The notes under the pieces: generated by a model
Told to the model about the DNA's origin: nothing
Database searches by the model: none
What the model saw: only the letters and a program-made list of their open reading frames with translations
Part shown: one piece after another, positions 62,720-64,000 of the stretch
Numbering within the stretch: position 1 is the first letter of the stretch
Layout of the letters: each line of letters begins with the position of its first letter
Source of the DNA: an uncultured Acidobacteriaceae bacterium
GTDB lineage: Bacteria > Acidobacteriota > Terriglobia > Terriglobales > Acidobacteriaceae
DNA length: 64,000 nt
Reading direction: 5' to 3'
Assembly: GCA_963758105.1 (NCBI GenBank)
Contig: CAVWUC010000002.1
Location: 948,167 to 1,012,166, forward strand
Position numbers and translations under genes: made by a program

Positions 62720-64000
62720 ATGATGAAGATGAAGCCCATTGCCCAACTTGCCGCCTGCGGACTCCTGCTCCTGGCCGCCATCCCCCTCGCGGCCCAGTCC
62801 GTCAACCAGATCGATCCCGCCCTCCGCAGCCGCATCGACCGCATCGCCAGCGGCGTTCTCGCCCAGACCGGTGTCCCTTCGGCCTCCATCGCCGTCGTCC
62901 AGCACGGCAAACTGGTCTACACGCACGCTTACGGCCTCGCGCGCCTCGATCCGCCCATGCCGGCCACGCCCGCAATGCGTTACTCCATCGGCTCCATCTC
63001 CAAGCAATTTACCGCCGCCGCCATTCTCATGCTCCAGGAAGAGGGCAAGCTCTCGCTCGAAGACCCCGTGGGCAAGTACATTCCCGGTCTCACCCAGGGC
63101 GACAAGGTCACCATCCGCCAGCTTCTCTCCCACACCTCCGGCTACCAGGACTACTGGCCCGAAGACTACGTGATGACGCCCATGCTGCGCCCGGAATCCC
63201 CGCGGCAGATTCTCGACACCTGGGGCAAAAAGCCTCTCGACTTCCAGCCCGGAACCCAGTGGCAGTACTCCAACACGAATTACGTCATCGCCGGCCTCAT
63301 TGTCGAGAAGATCACCGGCCATCCGCTGATGGACTTTCTGGAAAAGCGCATCTTCCGCCCGCTGGGCATGAAGTCGGTGTGGAACTCCGACGAAACCCCG
63401 CTCACCCAGGCTGACCCGGCGGCCTACTATCGGCACGCACTCGGCCCCCTGCGCATCGCGCCCAGGGAGGGCCGCGGCTGGATGTTCGCTGCAGGCGAGC
63501 TGGCCATGACCGCGCACGATCTTGCCCTCTGGGATCAGAGCCTGATGGCCCGCTCGCTGCTCAAGCCGGAGAGCTACCAGCAGATGTTCACCGAGGTCAA
63601 GCTCGCCAACGGCCACGGCACCGGTTACGGGCTGGGCGTGGAGGTGCGCCAGCGCCAGGGGCAGCGCTCCATCGAGCACTCCGGCGAGGTCTCCGGCTTC
63701 GTCTCCGGCAACGAAGTTTGGCCCGACGACGGCGTGGCCGTGGCCGTGCTCACCAACCAGGACGCGGTCGATGCCGCCAGCACCATCGCCCAGTTGGCCA
63801 CGCCCGTCGTAGCTGGCCTGCCGCTGGCCCCGGCCGAGCAGCAGGCCCTGGATATTTACCGCGGCCTCCTCCACGGCGTCATCGACCGCTCGCTGCTCAC
63901 GCCGAACTTGAGCGCCTACTTCACCCCCCAGGCGATCACCGACTTTCAAACCAGCCTCGCTCCGCTCGGCGAGCCGATCTCCATCCGCCAGGCCGTCGAG
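62720..64000 (+). CDS. Beta-lactamase-family serine hydrolase (class C / PBP4*-like), secreted; 3' end beyond the window
   Basis: Absent from the ORF track because there is no stop. My translation is MMKMKPIAQLAACGLLLLAAIPLAAQS...YSIGSISKQFTAAA (SxxK)...WQYSNTNY (YxN)...HSGEVSGF, in frame to position 64000. Confidence 0.88.
   Translation, partial: MMKMKPIAQLAACGLLLLAAIPLAAQSVNQIDPALRSRIDRIASGVLAQTGVPSASIAVVQHGKLVYTHAYGLARLDPPMPATPAMRYSIGSISKQFTAAAILMLQEEGKLSLEDPVGKYIPGLTQGDKVTIRQLLSHTSGYQDYWPEDYVMTPMLRPESPRQILDTWGKKPLDFQPGTQWQYSNTNYVIAGLIVEKITGHPLMDFLEKRIFRPLGMKSVWNSDETPLTQADPAAYYRHALGPLRIAPREGRGWMFAAGELAMTAHDLALWDQSLMARSLLKPESYQQMFTEVKLANGHGTGYGLGVEVRQRQGQRSIEHSGEVSGFVSGNEVWPDDGVAVAVLTNQDAVDAASTIAQLATPVVAGLPLAPAEQQALDIYRGLLHGVIDRSLLTPNLSAYFTPQAITDFQTSLAPLGEPISIRQAVE

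Overview
High-GC bacterial chromosomal segment. The protein families present (PEGA, VWFA-type, CsgG-like, GH5, Tat-secreted hydrolase) suggest an Acidobacteriota-like soil bacterium, but that is inference only. All product calls come from motif recognition by eye; no searches were run. Positions 1-19.5 kb hold the conserved translation/transcription cluster on the minus strand: tRNA-Thr, tRNA-Tyr, tRNA-Thr, tRNA-Gly, tuf, rpmG, tRNA-Trp, secE, nusG, rplK, then rplA, rplJ, rplL, rpoB and a partial rpoC. The cluster is atypical in five ways. (1) rplK and rplA are separated by ~5.7 kb of unrelated, partly decayed DNA. (2) Two small ORFs sit inside the tRNA-tuf array. (3) Almost every spacer carries a palindrome built from phased 7-nt AGCT units (nine copies). 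(4) Tandem G3-tract arrays follow the rplA and tuf stop codons on the sense strand. (5) rpoB carries a ~63-aa double zinc-ribbon insertion whose first half mimics the beta-prime zinc-binding domain encoded 4.5 kb away in rpoC. The other ~44 kb mixes housekeeping and accessory genes: CsgG-like protein, PEGA protein, secreted hydrolases, PQQ sugar dehydrogenase, GH5, M23 peptidase, thiL, DoxX, GT4+PHP, LOG-family, TolC-HlyD, ppk1/ppx/sixA, GT39, CPBP, GT21, dnaK-dnaJ-hspR, MFS, DUF488, beta-carbonic anhydrase and a serine hydrolase. Footprints of small-scale rearrangement are frequent. Three single genes are bracketed by imperfect direct repeats: the csgG-like gene, the Tat-hydrolase, and a URO-D-like gene inserted into a tail-to-tail sixA/ppx overlap. 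There is also a gltX 5' stub, a 277-bp MITE-like nested palindrome, two 1-nt frameshifts (PEGA, thiL), a low-GC islet with a 105-aa ORF plus a 35-aa hydrophobic peptide, and an orphan DinJ-like antitoxin directly upstream of a CPBP/Abi protease. No rRNA, CRISPR array, integrase or transposase gene was recognised. Most long ORFs in the supplied track that lie antisense to the genes below are high-GC artefacts.
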